Part shown: piece after piece, positions 1 through 12,185 of the stretch | Numbering within the stretch: position 1 is the first letter of the stretch | Layout: the number at the start of each line of letters is the position of its first letter | Source of the DNA: Octopus sinensis | Lineage: Eukaryota | NCBI RefSeq assembly: GCF_006345805.1 | Contig: NC_043011.1 | Span: 7,068,001 to 7,132,000, forward strand | Direction: 5' to 3' | Length of the DNA stretch: 64,000 bases | The notes under the pieces: model-generated | Told to the model about the DNA's origin: nothing | Seen by the model: only the letters and a program-made list of their open reading frames with translations | Database searches by the model: none | Position numbers and translations under genes: made by a program

Positions 1-467
1 TGTCATACATGAAATATCTCTTTTACTTGTTTCAGTCATTTAACTGTGGCCATGCTGGAACACCACCTTTAGTCGAGCAAATCGACCCCAGGACTTATTC
101 TTTGTAAGCCTAGTACTTAGCCTATCAGACTCTTTTGCCGAACCGCTAAGTTACGGGGACGTAAACACACCAGCATCGGTTGTCAAGCGATGTTGGGGGG
201 ACAAACACAGACACACAAACATACACACACACACACATGAGCTCTCCTGTCATACATGAAATATCTCTTTTACTTGTTTCAGTCATTTAACTGTGGCCAT
301 GCTGGAACACCACCTTTAGTCGAGCAAATCGACCCCAGGACTTATTCTTTGTAAGCCTAGTACTTAGCCTATCAGACTCTTTTGCCGAACCGCTAAGTTA
401 CGGGGACGTAAACACACCAGCATCGGTTGTCAAGCGATGTTGGGGGGACAAACACAGACACACAAAC

Positions 468-485
<18 letters not shown>
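1..485. repeat. Tandem duplication, period 247 bp (SINE 3' half)
   Basis: 1-about 238 repeats at 248-about 485. Confidence 0.85.
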
Positions 486-504
<19 letters not shown>

Positions 505-1558
505 CATATATACGACAGGCTTCTTTCAGTTTCCGTCTACCAAATCCACTCACAAGGCTTTGGTCGGCCCGAGGCTATAGTAGAAGACACTTGCCCAAGG
601 TGCCACGCAGTGGGACTGAACCCAGAACCATGTGGTTGGTAAGCAAGCTACTTACCAGAGAGCCACTCTTGTGTTCAATTTCATGCTGAACAATCTGCAC
701 AAATGATTTGAATGTTTTTGCTGTCCATTAGCTGCCACCTCTCTTTATCAAACTGCTATCACCTGTAGAGGTGCACAGTGTGCCATGCAAACTGCCCAGT
801 AAATTGAGAATATAAGGTTTGGCTTACCTTTCTGGTTGCAGTGGATTTTTGCAAGCATAGAACAATGGTTTTGATGGCAAGAGATTTTCTTCTTTCTCGG
901 GGGCTGCTGTCTCAGGCGGACTCCCTGGTCGCTGGTCTGGCCCAAGGAAGGAATCCATCCTCTCACCCCTATTTCTGTGTTGTTGGCTCTCCATTGCTTA
1001 TGACAACAGTTCCAGTTGATCCAATGAACGGAACAGTCTGCTAGGGAAATAAACATGCAAGTGGCCAAGCACATGGCTCATCATCGTTGTTCGACCGTGG
1101 TCGAGACAATGGAATTTACCATGCTACGCCAGACTTCACGGTCGATCATAGCATTACGGAGGTCCTGTTGCTGGATGCCTGTATCCCTGGAGATTACATC
1201 AGGGTAGGAGAGTGTGCGCCCTCTGGTATTGCGAGTAGATGGCTTCCAGAGGAGAAGAGTAGAAATGGCTCAGTGGTTAGGGGTTTGGGCTCATGAGCAT
1301 AAGGTTGTGAGTTCATTCCCCAGCAATGTGTTGAGTTCTTGAGCAAGACACTTTTTTTTTCACATTGCTCCAGTGCATTCAGCTTGCCTAAGTGAGTTGT
1401 GCCTGTACTTCAAATGGCCAGCCTTACAACATTGTGTACCATACTGAATCACCTTGGAAATTACATTTAGGGTACGCCTGTCTGTGGACTAGTTGATGAT
1501 GATGCACATTTAAATGGCCATTTGTACAATATGTATTTTTGTGGTACTGTTAGTGGTA

Positions 1559-1773
1559 CAAGGGGGTGCTGAAAAGTTCCTGGCTTTAACGGTATCAGAA
1601 AATGCCTGGCTGTGGAGGTCCAACTTTGAGTTGCAGGGCTTAGAAAAACTGAAGGACCACTGCAGTAAGTGGTGTGAATCTGAGAGGGGGGGAATAGGTT
1701 GAATAGAATCCTAATTAACTGATCCTCCTGTATTTTTCTTTTACCCAAAGCCAGGAAGTCTTCAGCACCCCAT
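1559..1773. mobile_element. Short non-autonomous mariner-like MITE
   Basis: TIRs ggggtgctgaa..ttcctggcttt / aaagccaggaa..ttcagcacccc with TA flanks. Partial copy at about 52176-52290. Confidence 0.7.
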
Positions 1774-1870
1774 TACTTAGACATTATGGTAAAAATCAAA
1801 AACTACTCCCCCCCCCCCCACTTTAACAAGAACTACCAACCTGAAATTACACCTTTACTTTAATTACATT

Positions 1871-1901
<31 letters not shown>

Positions 1902-2405
1902 TTGACATCTTTAACGAACGTTAATTACACTAAACCAAATTAATGGAAACTTTTCTTCTATGGAAAGTAAAATCTATTAACAATTGTATAATTAGTTAAC
2001 AAATTTAACTATTAATTACTTAAATTGATTTAACTAATTCAGCTGATAAAACTGAATGAGTTTTAATGGACTTTGCCTCATCTGTAGAATTTCGGTCGAC
2101 ATTATTTGAGGAACTTACAACAACTGAATCTAAAATAACCGTTTGTTGTGGCTTCCACTTGATTCTCTTCCAAATGTTATCTTGCAATCCTCATTTTGTT
2201 TTTTTTTTTTAACATTTTATATTTAAATTATACAATTACTCGTTAGATATAATTACATAGATGTCACGTCTTCGTTTGTTCTTTAAAGTTTAAGTAAAAC
2301 ACATCAGTCGCTCATGCAGGAACATGGTATAAAAGCAATAAAAAAAAACTTTAAAGAAATATAAATAAATACATATTGCAAGAGTATTTCACTTTCCTAT
2401 GAATT

Positions 2406-2411
2406 TTTATT
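2406..2411 (-). promoter_or_regulatory. Candidate polyadenylation signal AATAAA just after the CFAP69 stop
   Basis: AATAAA on the minus strand 6 nt after the TGA. The AT-rich context makes a chance match likely. Confidence 0.3.
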
Positions 2412-2417
2412 GTTTCT

Positions 2418-2474
2418 TCAGTGACTCTCCATTTTTGGAGTACTCTGGATATCAACTTGTATGTTACTGAACAC
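2418..2474 (-). CDS. CFAP69: CFAP69 terminal coding exon, VFSNIQVDIQSTPKMESH*
   Basis: Strong acceptor ttcttttatttcatttatttacag, phase 0. Resembles recalled VPSGGVVTVESTP. TGA at 2418-2420. Confidence 0.72.
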   Translation of the reverse strand: MFSNIQVDIQSTPKMESH

Positions 2475-2816
2475 CTGTAAATAAATGAAATAAAAGAACA
2501 GTGTTTTGTTAATTTAAAACATTTTTCACTAAAATATATTTACTTTAAACAAATATCTGTTACGTTAAATGAGAAGATTTAAGAAAATAGTCCCTCTCTC
2601 ATATAGATATATATATATAGATAGATAGATAGGTAGCCACTGCACACATTTTTTTTCTCTCCTTTTTTTTCTGTGTCCCTTTCTGCAGAAGAGCGTAAGC
2701 TCAAAACATAAAAGACATTTTCTATTCCTGAGCGTTATACTAATACATCTGTTTGTTATTTACACCACCTGTCTTCATCTTTTGTTTTTTTTTCGTGAAC
2801 TCTCCCCTATATATAT

Positions 2817-2861
<45 letters not shown>

Positions 2862-2955
2862 TATATATATACACATATATATATATACACACACACACAT
2901 ATATGTATATACATATATAAATTAATCAAAATAAAAACATGATGCCAAGGATTCA

Positions 2956-3033
2956 GCGGTACATATGTTTCAGGCCTTTATTAGACGGATTTATAACAAT
3001 GCATAATGTGTGTCTATGGCCTTCTTCAGCCGC
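2956..3033 (-). ncRNA. Type I hammerhead ribozyme motif, intact core, long stem II
   Basis: GCGG-CUGAAGA-AGGCC...GGCCU-GAAAC-AUAU-GUA-CCGC. Stem I GCGG/CCGC, stem II AGGCC/GGCCU plus inner UAGAC/GUCUA, stem III palindrome ACAUAUGU. Confidence 0.8.
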
Positions 3034-3177
3034 GCACAATTACTACCTCAAGGACATGTATTACATCAAAAATTCTACGTTGGGGATGCAAATCCTCTGT
3101 CGCGTACGACATAATGCATATATATATACATATATATACACATATATATATATATACACACACATATATATATACAC

Positions 3178-3208
<31 letters not shown>

Positions 3209-3209
3209 T

Positions 3210-3600
3210 AATGAATGAAGACAGTTGCATCACGAGGTACAAATCTCTAATTGAAGAGAGAACATGTGGAAGGGGTAGACCCAGGAAGATGTGGGATGAA
3301 GTGGTGAGAAAGGATCTACAGGTGTTGGGACTCAGGCAGGGGACTGAGACTCCTGGCAGTTTGCTGTGCTTGGAAAGATATTCCCAGCTAAGCAAAGGCG
3401 TGGCTGTCCTTGCATATAGTCTTGTCCCCCTGCGACCCTCCCCAGCTGAGCATCCCTAATTTTTGCAGACACCTAGGTGCTGGTGCACTCTGTACTGTAA
3501 AATGGTTGGCTTTAGAAAAGGGCATCCAGCAGTAGAAGCAATGCCAAAACAGACACTGAGGCCTGAGCAGCTGACCAGCATGGGAAACGGACTTTAAATG
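3210..3600 (+). mobile_element. RTE-type LINE 3' end
   Basis: TCGRGRPRKMWDEVVRKDL peptide followed by 3' UTR and tail. Confidence 0.75.
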
Positions 3601-4209
3601 ATGAAGGCATTTGGCCAAGTGGTTAGGGATGTTGCACTCACGATCGCCAGATCACGGGTTCAATTTTTGGATTGGGTAATACATTGCATTCTTGAGCAAG
3701 TCACTTCATTTCACATCGCTCCAGTTTGTTCAGCTTCAAATGGGTACACCCTCTGATGGACTAGTCCTCCAATTAAGGTAAATATTGACCTGTTCATCTA
3801 AGACAGCAGGGTGGCATCCTTCAAAAGCTAAAATCATGCAAAAGCACATTGTGATCAGCAATGTTCGACATCTGATAGTCTGGTTGATCACATGATATAT
3901 ATATATATATATATATATAACGTGACCGACCAGGCTATCAGATGTTGCTACACATCGCTGGTCACAATGCGCTTTGTATTGTTTTAGCCTTCAAATGATG
4001 CCACCCCGCTGGCTAAGCGAGCAGGTCAAGAGAAGAAAGTTGCAGCGAAAGAGTACAGCAGGGATCGCCACCATCCCCTGCCGGAGCCTCGTGGGGCTTT
4101 AGGTGTTTTCGCTCAATAAACACTCAGAACGTCCGGTCTGGGAATCAAAACCACGAGTCCGCTGCCCTAACCAATGGGCCATTGCGCCTCCACACACACA
4201 CATTCACAT

Positions 4210-4244
<35 letters not shown>

Positions 4245-4589
4245 TGTAATTGAATAACCTAAATTATCAAATATTCTGTTGTTCCTTCAAAATTCATTTC
4301 TCTGATTCAGTAATAAGGTTTTTAATTTTAGGCCAAAAGACGATCCTTTTTAACTGGTGATTGGCATCAAATGTTTCCATTGTGAAAGTTAAATGCAAAA
4401 CATTATGTATTAGCCTAGAATCAAGTTGTGAACATCTATTGCATACACAGACACACCACACACACACATCTGAGTTGATTCACTCTGTCGATAGTCCGAG
4501 TTTCTCACCTCTGTCAGCTTCAAATGAGTAAATGAACTCCATAACATGTATTGTGTTCTTTCTTACTCTTATTTGTACATGGCACCAAA

Positions 4590-4991
4590 CTCTTTTACTT
4601 GTTTCAGTCATTTGACTGTGGCCATGCTGGAGCACCGCTTTTAGTCAAGCAAATCGAACCCGGGACTTATTCTTTGTAAGCCCAGTACTTATTCTATCGG
4701 TCTCTTTTGCCGAACCGCTAAGTAACGAGGACATAAACACACCAGCATCGGTTGTCAAGCGATGTTGGGGGGACAAACACAGACACACAAACATTTACAC
4801 ATACACACATACATATATATATATATACAACAGGCTTCTTTTAGTTTTCATCTACCAAATCCACTCACAAGGCTTTGGTCGGCCCAAGGCTATAGCAGAA
4901 AACATTTGCCCAAGATGCCACACAGTGGGACTGAACCCGGTACCATGTGGTTGGTTAGCAAGCTACTTACCACACAGCCACTCCTGCGCCT
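4590..4991 (-). mobile_element. SINE family 1, full length
   Basis: Colinear with 5609-6010. Confidence 0.85.
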
Positions 4992-5608
4992 ATGTATGTA
5001 TAATGTGCATGTATGTATAATCATAGATATGTGATTTCACTTCTATGGAAATAAAATCTCATTTCAATGTAACTGAGTGAAGGAAAAACGACCCAAAAAG
5101 ATTGCATTGGCCCTCCTTTTCTTTCAACTCAACCCCACTCATTTCAAAAACCCTCTGAAAAATAGGTTTCTTGTCATGATGTGTGATTGCACACGTGTAT
5201 ACATTTATGTGTTAATGTTTGTTTTTGTATTCAGTTAGAATAAAAACAATTTTACATTAATCTGATGGATTGCTCTATACTTTTTGTAGAGTATAAATTT
5301 ATTTTCTTACACAAGAATTTTATTGACTGTGACCTCGAAGTTTCAGCCAACTAACCCCTCATCAAGAACCTCCCACCCCACCAAAAAAGTTACATTACAA
5401 AAAAAAGCTGACTGACCCAATTACTAACGTTATAAATATTGGACTTTGTCCTTTGACCTTTATGTTGTCAAAGCAAAGGATTAAATGCAATAAAACCAAA
5501 AATAAGTAAAACTATGGACACACAACAAATGGGACACACTTAAAATATGGACACCTGCTTACAAAGTTCTACATACATGAATAAATTCTAAACAAATAAC
5601 ATAACAAA

Positions 5609-6010
5609 GGCGCAGGAGTGGCTGTGTGGTAAGTAGCTTGATTACCAACCACATCGTTCCGGGTTCAGTCCCACTGCGTGGCACCTTGGGCGAGTGTCTT
5701 CTACTATAGCCTCGGGCCGACCAAAGCCTTGTGAGTGGATTTGGTTGACGGAAACTGAAAGAAACCCGTCATATATATGTATATATATATATATATGCGT
5801 GTGTGTGTTTGTCCCGCTAGTATTGCTTGACAACTGATGCTGGTGTGTTTATGTCCCCGTTACTTAGCAGTTCAGCAAAAGAGACCGATAGAATAAGTAC
5901 TGGGCTTACAAAAAGAATAAGTCCTGGGGTCGAGTTGCTCGATTAAAGGCAGTGCTCCAGCATGGCCGCAGTCAAATGACTGAAACAAGTAAAAGAGAGA
6001 GTAAAGAGTA
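5609..6010 (+). mobile_element. Octopod tRNA-derived SINE family 1 (internal (TA)n/(TG)n, AAAGAGT tail), full length
   Basis: Head ggcgcaggagtggctgtgtggtaag...ggttcagtccc. About 20 copies in the window, e.g. 266-670(-), 9688-10042(-), 10254-10626(+), 18497-18875(-), 23684-24015(-), 24366-24760(-), 33665-34033(-), 40545-40930(-), 45968-46372(+), 48610-48985(-). Confidence 0.85.
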
Positions 6011-6160
6011 ACCCCAAATTTAATCAAAAATTTCTCCAAAACACCCCTCCATAACAATCCACCCTAAGACCTAATTAACAGTCCACCCCAAACACATGTA
6101 ATAAAGGAAGGCTTTAACACAACAGAGATTATATAAAACTGAGATTAACTTCAGTGCATC

Positions 6161-6205
6161 ACCGTCTGATGATGGCTTCACTGGCTGAAACTTAGAAGTC
6201 ACTGT
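6161..6205 (+). ncRNA. Type I hammerhead-like motif
   Basis: ACCGU-CUGAUGA-U-GGCU UCACU GGCU-GAAAC-U UAGA A-GUC-ACUGU. GUC site, 3-bp stem III, one mismatch in stem I, wobble pairs in stem II. Confidence 0.6.
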
Positions 6206-6246
6206 CGATAATACTTTTGTTTCAGAATAAATATATAAGTGAATAG

Positions 6247-6399
6247 AAACGGATGTCTGGTCTCAGCCGATGCATATGAATTTGCTTGTGCCATCAGCCA
6301 GAGCTGCTTCAACAATGTGTGTCTTAGGATGAGATATTATCATCTTCGGTGGTCGTGATTGCAAAGGCAGACAAAATGATGTTCATACCTACAACATAG
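6247..6399 (+). pseudogene. Orphan kelch-repeat exon relic, ETDVWSQPMHMNLLVPSARAASTMCVLG*DIIIFGGRDCKGRQNDVHTYNI(G)
   Basis: Kelch signature W..P....PSAR..H/S.....(D)..IIIFGG......NDVH.YN in one frame. Good donor G|GTAAGC at 6400, weak acceptor, in-frame TGA at 6330-6332. Confidence 0.7.
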
Positions 6400-6819
6400 G
6401 TAAGCCAGTTTGGTGATACTTCTATTAACCCTTTAGTGTTTAAACCGGCCATATCCAGCACCATCCGACCGTGGCTGTTTGCCAGCCTCGCCTGGCATGT
6501 AAAAAGCACCCACTACACTCACGGAGTGGTTGGCGTTAGGAAGGGCATCCAGCCGTAGAAACACTGCCAGATCAGACTGGGCCTGGTGCAGCCTTCTGGC
6601 TTCCCAGACCCCAGTTGAACCGTCCAACCCATGCTAGCATGGAAAGCGGATGCTAAACGATGATGATGATTGTATGTATATTTACATTATATATATATAA
6701 AATTATTAAAAAGGACAACAAACGTTAAGGCAAGACAAACATCTCAAGTCATTATTATTGGAAAAATTCAAAGACTTACAACTGTTTTTGGGATATTCCA
6801 TCATCAGAGACAAATACTT

Positions 6820-6875
6820 GTTTCTGATGAGGAAATATCCCATGTTTTAGGATATCCCAGAAACAGGTGTAAGAC
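6820..6875 (+). ncRNA. Type I hammerhead-like motif with a degenerate inverted twin at about 6772-6812 (-)
   Basis: GUUU-CUGAUGA-GGAAAUAUCC...GGAUAUCCCA-GAAAC-AGGU-GUA-AGAC. The mirror copy reads CUGAUGA...AAAAC AGUU GUA. Confidence 0.6.
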
Positions 6876-7650
6876 TTCGAATTATTCCAATAATAGAAAC
6901 ATATATGACTTGAGATGTTTGTCTTGCCGATATAGCAGATATATATTTATATATCCGGTATATCGGAAATCTAAAATGGTTCCATAACTCCTGTCTCAGC
7001 TATAACCTCGGAGCCCATTACAGCACTTACCTAGCATACCTAGTAGTTTAGATCACCTGTGAACTAAACCCGCCACAATTTGTGTGTGTGTGTATGTATA
7101 TATATATATACCAAAAAATAAGCAACAAAAATGGATCAGTAGTTTAGTACAATTGTTTCATACTATAAACATTTTATTAAAGCTGCAAAAATTACAGCAA
7201 ATATAATGTCAAGTAATCTTTTTATATATATATAAATAAAACATATGCATATATGTACTCCTGCGTACATACCTCTACATGTATATATACACGCATATAT
7301 GAGTACAGGACACCAAAAAAACGTTGAACACAATGAGAAACGAAAACATAGACACAAACCCAAGGAACTGGACATTTTTTTAAACAACAAAAAAATAGAG
7401 TACAGGACAATTAACAAAGAAAAAACCCCTTCTTCAGTCGCCATGGTTTCATCTACTCTACACACACACACAAATTCTTCTAATATAAAATACCTGTATA
7501 TCATCTCTAAACCTTCTAAGATATATATATATATATATATATAGGTATGTATGCATTCATATATGTATATATACATTATGTGTGTAGATATGCTTAAAGA
7601 TGTGTATACACATACTACACAGAACAAAGGAAAAAGAAACTTTTACATAC

Positions 7651-7693
7651 TGTAGTTCCCAAATTTGGTATATCTATACTGTGGAAGTATTGG
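7651..7693 (-). CDS. CFAP69: CFAP69 exon, (S)QYFHSIDIPNLGTT
   Basis: Long pyrimidine tract plus ttccag / gtatgt, 43 nt, phase 2 to 0, exactly bridging its neighbours. FH...LxTT motif. Confidence 0.8.
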
Positions 7694-7944
7694 CTGGAAA
7701 GAGAACAGAAGAATAGAACTTGTTTTGTGTCCACATTCATAATAATAATAATAATAATTCAGAGGTGAGAAGCTAAATAAATATAAAATCATTATTTAAT
7801 GTTTGATAATCAAAAAAAAAAAATTTACATTTTCGAAAAAAAAAAGCAAACAAAACAAAAAAAAATGCTTTTCTTTCTAAAAAAAAAAGTTTTTTCTTTC
7901 CTAAATTATAATTTTTTGTTTTTATTTTTTCCTTATATGTAAAT

Positions 7945-8158
7945 ACTTATGTGTGTGTATCATAAATATACATACACATGTATGAATGAATGTGTACACA
8001 CGAATATATACATACACATGTATGTTTGTGTGTGCATTGTGCATATATATATATATATATGTATGTATATGCGTATATATATATGTATGTATATGTGTAT
8101 ATATATATATGTATGTATATGTGTATATATATATGTGTATATACACACACATACACAG
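7945..8158. repeat. Compound (TA)n/(TG)n microsatellite
   Basis: Direct reading. Confidence 0.85.
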
Positions 8159-8273
8159 ATTACTGGACCTTAGTTTTTCTTGAATTATAAACAATCATAT
8201 TCCTTGGATATTATTATTATTAATTTTCCTGATTAGTAGCAGAGGTGGGGGTGGGGGTGTCATATAAATGTTT

Positions 8274-8314
<41 letters not shown>

Positions 8315-9339
8315 CACACACACATATATATATATATATTCTATATATATTTCTGACATTACAAGACTAGATAATAACTTGGTGGAATAAAAACAATAAA
8401 TACAAAATGAAAAATATGTTCATTTCATTTTTCACCATTTTAAGATCTTTTGTTTGTATTTCCCCCCCAATTTTTTTTTTTTTTGGGGGGGGGGGTCTTT
8501 GAGAATTTTTTTGTTGTTGTAATTCTCCAGATTGTTTGATATAGAAGAGGAGTCAGACACTTTTCAATGTTAATTAACATTGTGTTGTTTTTTTTTTGTG
8601 TGTAACACCTGGGTATTGTGTCAAACAAGGTATCTGGATGTGAATAGGAGCAGGGACATCTGTAATGCTAAGAAGCTTGCTTCCCAACCACATGGTTCCG
8701 GGTTCAGTCCTGTTGCGTGGCACCTTGTACAAGTGTCTTCTATTGAAGCCTCGGGCCGACCAAAGCCTTGTCAGTGGATTTGGTAGACGGAAACTGAAAG
8801 AAGCCTCCTTGTACTTGTTTCAGTCATCAGACCATGGCCATACTGGGGCAGAGCAAATCAGCCCCAGCCTGATACGTAATCTATTGGTTTCTTTTGCCAA
8901 ACAGCTAAGTTATGGGGATGTAAACATACCAACACTGGTTGTTAAGCAGGGTGGGACACACACAGATGTGTGGGTATATCATCATCATTGTTTAACGTCC
9001 ATTTTCCATGCTGGCATGGGTTGGATGGTTTGACTGGGGTCTGGCAAGCCAGGAGGCTGCACCAGACTCCAGTCTGCTTTGGTATGGCTTCTACCACTGG
9101 ATGCCCTTCCTAATGCCAACCACTCCAAGAGTGTAGTGGGTACTTTTTACATGCCATTGGCACAGGAGCCAGTTGGGATGAGGAGGCTGGCATCGGCCAC
9201 ATTTGGATGGTGCTTTTTACATGCTACTGGCACAGGAGCCAGTCAGGGCAAGGGGACAGGCATTGATCATGTTCGGATGGTGCTTTTTACGTGCCACCTG
9301 CACAGGGAGCCAGTCAGGTGGCACTGGCAACGACCCACA

Positions 9340-9660
9340 GATAAACACGTGAAGGTGCATAGCTCTGGTTAGAATGTTGGACTCACAATCATGAGGTAAT
9401 GAGTTCAATTCCTGGAACAGGCTACGTGCTCTGTTCTTGAGCAAGACACTTTATTTCATGTTGCTCAAGTTCACTCAGCTGTAGAAATGAGTTGTGACAT
9501 CAATGATGCCAAGTTGTATCGGCCCCTTGGATAACATCGGTAGCGTGGAGAGAGGTCGCTGGTATGGATGGGCAACTGCTGGTCTTCCATAAAACAACCT
9601 TGCCCGGACTTGGGCCTCAGAGGGGAGACTTTCTAGGTTACAATCCCATGGTCATTCATG
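9340..9660 (+). mobile_element. tRNA-derived SINE family 4
   Basis: gagttcaattcc..ttgagcaagacactttatttca..gctccagttcactcagctg core. Relatives at about 1265-1500, 3600-3860, 28760-29070, 33300-33640(-), 50940-51230(-). Confidence 0.6.
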
Positions 9661-11039
9661 ATTTTTACATATATATGTATACACACTTTTACTTCTTTGT
9701 CATTTGACTGCAGCCATGCTGGAGCACTGCCATTGGTCAAATAAATTGACCCTAGCACTTATTCTGTCGGTCTCTTTTGCCAAACCACTAAGTTTTGGGA
9801 ACATAAACACACCAACATTGGTGGGGAGACAGACACACACACATAAATATATAGACATATATATATATATATATATATATATAAGATGGGCTTCTTCCAG
9901 TTTCCATATACCAAATCCACTCACAAGGTTTTGGTTGACCAGAGGTTATAGCAGAAGACACTTGCCCAAGGTTCCACACAGTGGGACTGAACCCGGAACC
10001 ATGTGGTTGGGAAGCAAGCTTCTTACCACACAGCCTTGCCTGTGCTTATATATATTTTGGTGAAAATGGTTTTAAGTGGTGTTAAGTTTCACATTGGTAT
10101 TTATTTATAAGCTTAAAGCTTACATGCCCCATTATTAGACTATTTTCCTTAGTCAACTGCACAATGATCACTATAAAATTTAAGCTTCTAAAAAAACACC
10201 ATTATACATATATGAGCTTCTTTCAGTTTCTGTTTACCAAATTTATATTATATGGCTGTGTGGTAAGTAGCTTGCTTCCCAACCACATGGTTCCAGGTTC
10301 AGTCCCTTGAACAAGTGTCTTCTACTATAGCCTCAGGCCAACCAAAGCCTTGTGAGTGGATTTGGTAGATGGAAACTGAAAGAAGCCCATTGTATATATA
10401 TATATATGTGTGTGTGTGTGTATATTTGTGTGTCCGTGTTTGTCCCCCAACACTGCTTGACAACCGATGCTGGTGTGCTTACGTCCTCATAACTTAGCAG
10501 TTCGGCAAAAGAGACCGATAGAATAAGTACTAGGCTTACAAAGAATAAGTCCTGGGGTCGATTTCTTCGACTAAAGGCGGTGCTGCAGCATGGCTGCAGT
10601 CAAATGACTGAAACAAGTAAAAGAGTATATATATATATATATATGGAAGAAAGTTTGAAAATGCAAAGGTCTTTTAGAGATGTTTATTGACTTGACCGGT
10701 TTCACTTTTTAGAAAAAGATTATCAAAAGTAAAATGTAAAGCTTTGTATAGGCTTTGCTGTATTAAATAATGGTTATCATAGTTGTATTAAAGTACAGTT
10801 ATACAGTCTTTGATAATGATAAGAAAATGTTAAAAACAGTTTACATGAAAGTGTTTAAGAAAGGGAATGCAATAAGTATTTTGAGTTCAATAAAAATCAT
10901 GTTTGTTTGGTAGTATATATATATACAGAAGTATATTTAAGAATTTACAAAAAATTGGAGAGGAATAACTTGGATGGCCTGAGGCTAAAGCAGTTGTTCT
11001 TCTATTTTTTGTAAATTCTTAATTATATCTTCTTCTGTA

Positions 11040-12185
11040 TATGTGTATATATATGTATATATATATAAATTAAATTCGAGATAAAACCACTATTAGGCAA
11101 CTCAAACAGTGATAGACATAAACCAATACATAAATAACAAAAAATATAAATATAATTAATAAAATATATAATATATATATATAAATATAAAATTTTAATT
11201 TTTATATTTAAAATTTTTTTTTTAATACTAACCAAAAAGTATAAAAAAAAGATAAATATAATATAAGTAAAAACACTACGTATGTTTCATGGCTATAATT
11301 AAATTCAAATTACAATTAAGTTTAAATTCAATTGAAAATTCGAATTAAAATTATAGTCAATCTTCAGGTTAATAGTTAAGTAAGCAAATAGAGTTAAACA
11401 ATATTTTTTAAGAAATAAATAAAATAATAATTTTTCTTATAAGAAAACTCTATTATCTAAATTAGAAACTTAAAACATTAGGATTATGTCATACAACCCA
11501 TTTATTATGTTAAATTTTTATTTTTAAGGTAAAAAAATAGATAGAAATATGTATTTATCTATTAAGATATAATATGGCTTTAAAAAAACATAATAAACTC
11601 ATGAATATCGTTAACTTAGTAATAGTCCAATATCTAATTACCAAATTATTTAAGAAAATAATCACTATTTGTATTTTTAGATTTAAGTTCGCATCTAATA
11701 ATTATAAAATATTTAAAAATAACTAAATTATTATCAACAAATATAGTAATTAAAATCTAAAATTTACTCTATCAATAATTATATAGACATATAACGAAAA
11801 TAAATTAATTAATTAGTCCATTATTACTTACATAAATATTAAATATTAATATAATATATTTATGAAATACATTAAAAAATTAAAGATTAAAAATCAAATT
11901 ATAACGTACAGTTATAATCTAATAATTAAATACATATCATCAACAACTAAATAATTATAGAATCAAATTAACAATCAGTAGTTATATAGTATACAATACA
12001 ATAGAATAAAACTTATTAAAATATTTCAAAATCTTAAATAGAAAAGGTTTACTTAGCTTTCAAAAATCGTGTCATTAAACTAAAATTTTAAAACAGAAAA
12101 TTTTTATTTATATTTATACTGTGAAATTTGATTTAATCCTAAATCTAATTTTTCCCTGTAAGTTTGGATATACTCCCTAATATTA
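11040..12185 (-). mobile_element. Very AT-rich degenerate element, probably Penelope-like
   Basis: Hammerhead motif near one end. One end recurs at about 17225-17420 and the other at about 56325-56390. No intact ORF. Confidence 0.4.
11274..11369 (-). ncRNA. Hammerhead-like motif with long AU-rich stem II
   Basis: CUGAAGA-U-UGACUAUAAUU...AAUUAUAGCCA-U-GAAAC-AUAC-GUA. Stem I is only about 2 bp. Confidence 0.5.

Noticed and set aside
427-642. Recurrent ORFs such as MSSxxGGTNTDT...CPRCHAVGLNPEPCGW, found many times
   Set aside because: Translations of SINE family 1 and its microsatellite, not genes.
2020-2185. Stop-free minus-strand stretch as an alternative last CFAP69 exon
   Set aside because: No pyrimidine-rich acceptor. 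The 2418-2474 exon has a strong acceptor and the expected motif.
6330-6332. Selenocysteine codon in the kelch exon
   Set aside because: No SECIS-like element identified, no complete gene, and the position is a variable loop rather than a conserved Cys.
11040-12185. Possible mitochondrial insertion (NUMT), given the extreme AT content
   Set aside because: No recognisable rRNA, tRNA or mitochondrial protein motifs. Both ends recur elsewhere in the window and it carries a hammerhead, which fits a nuclear repeat.
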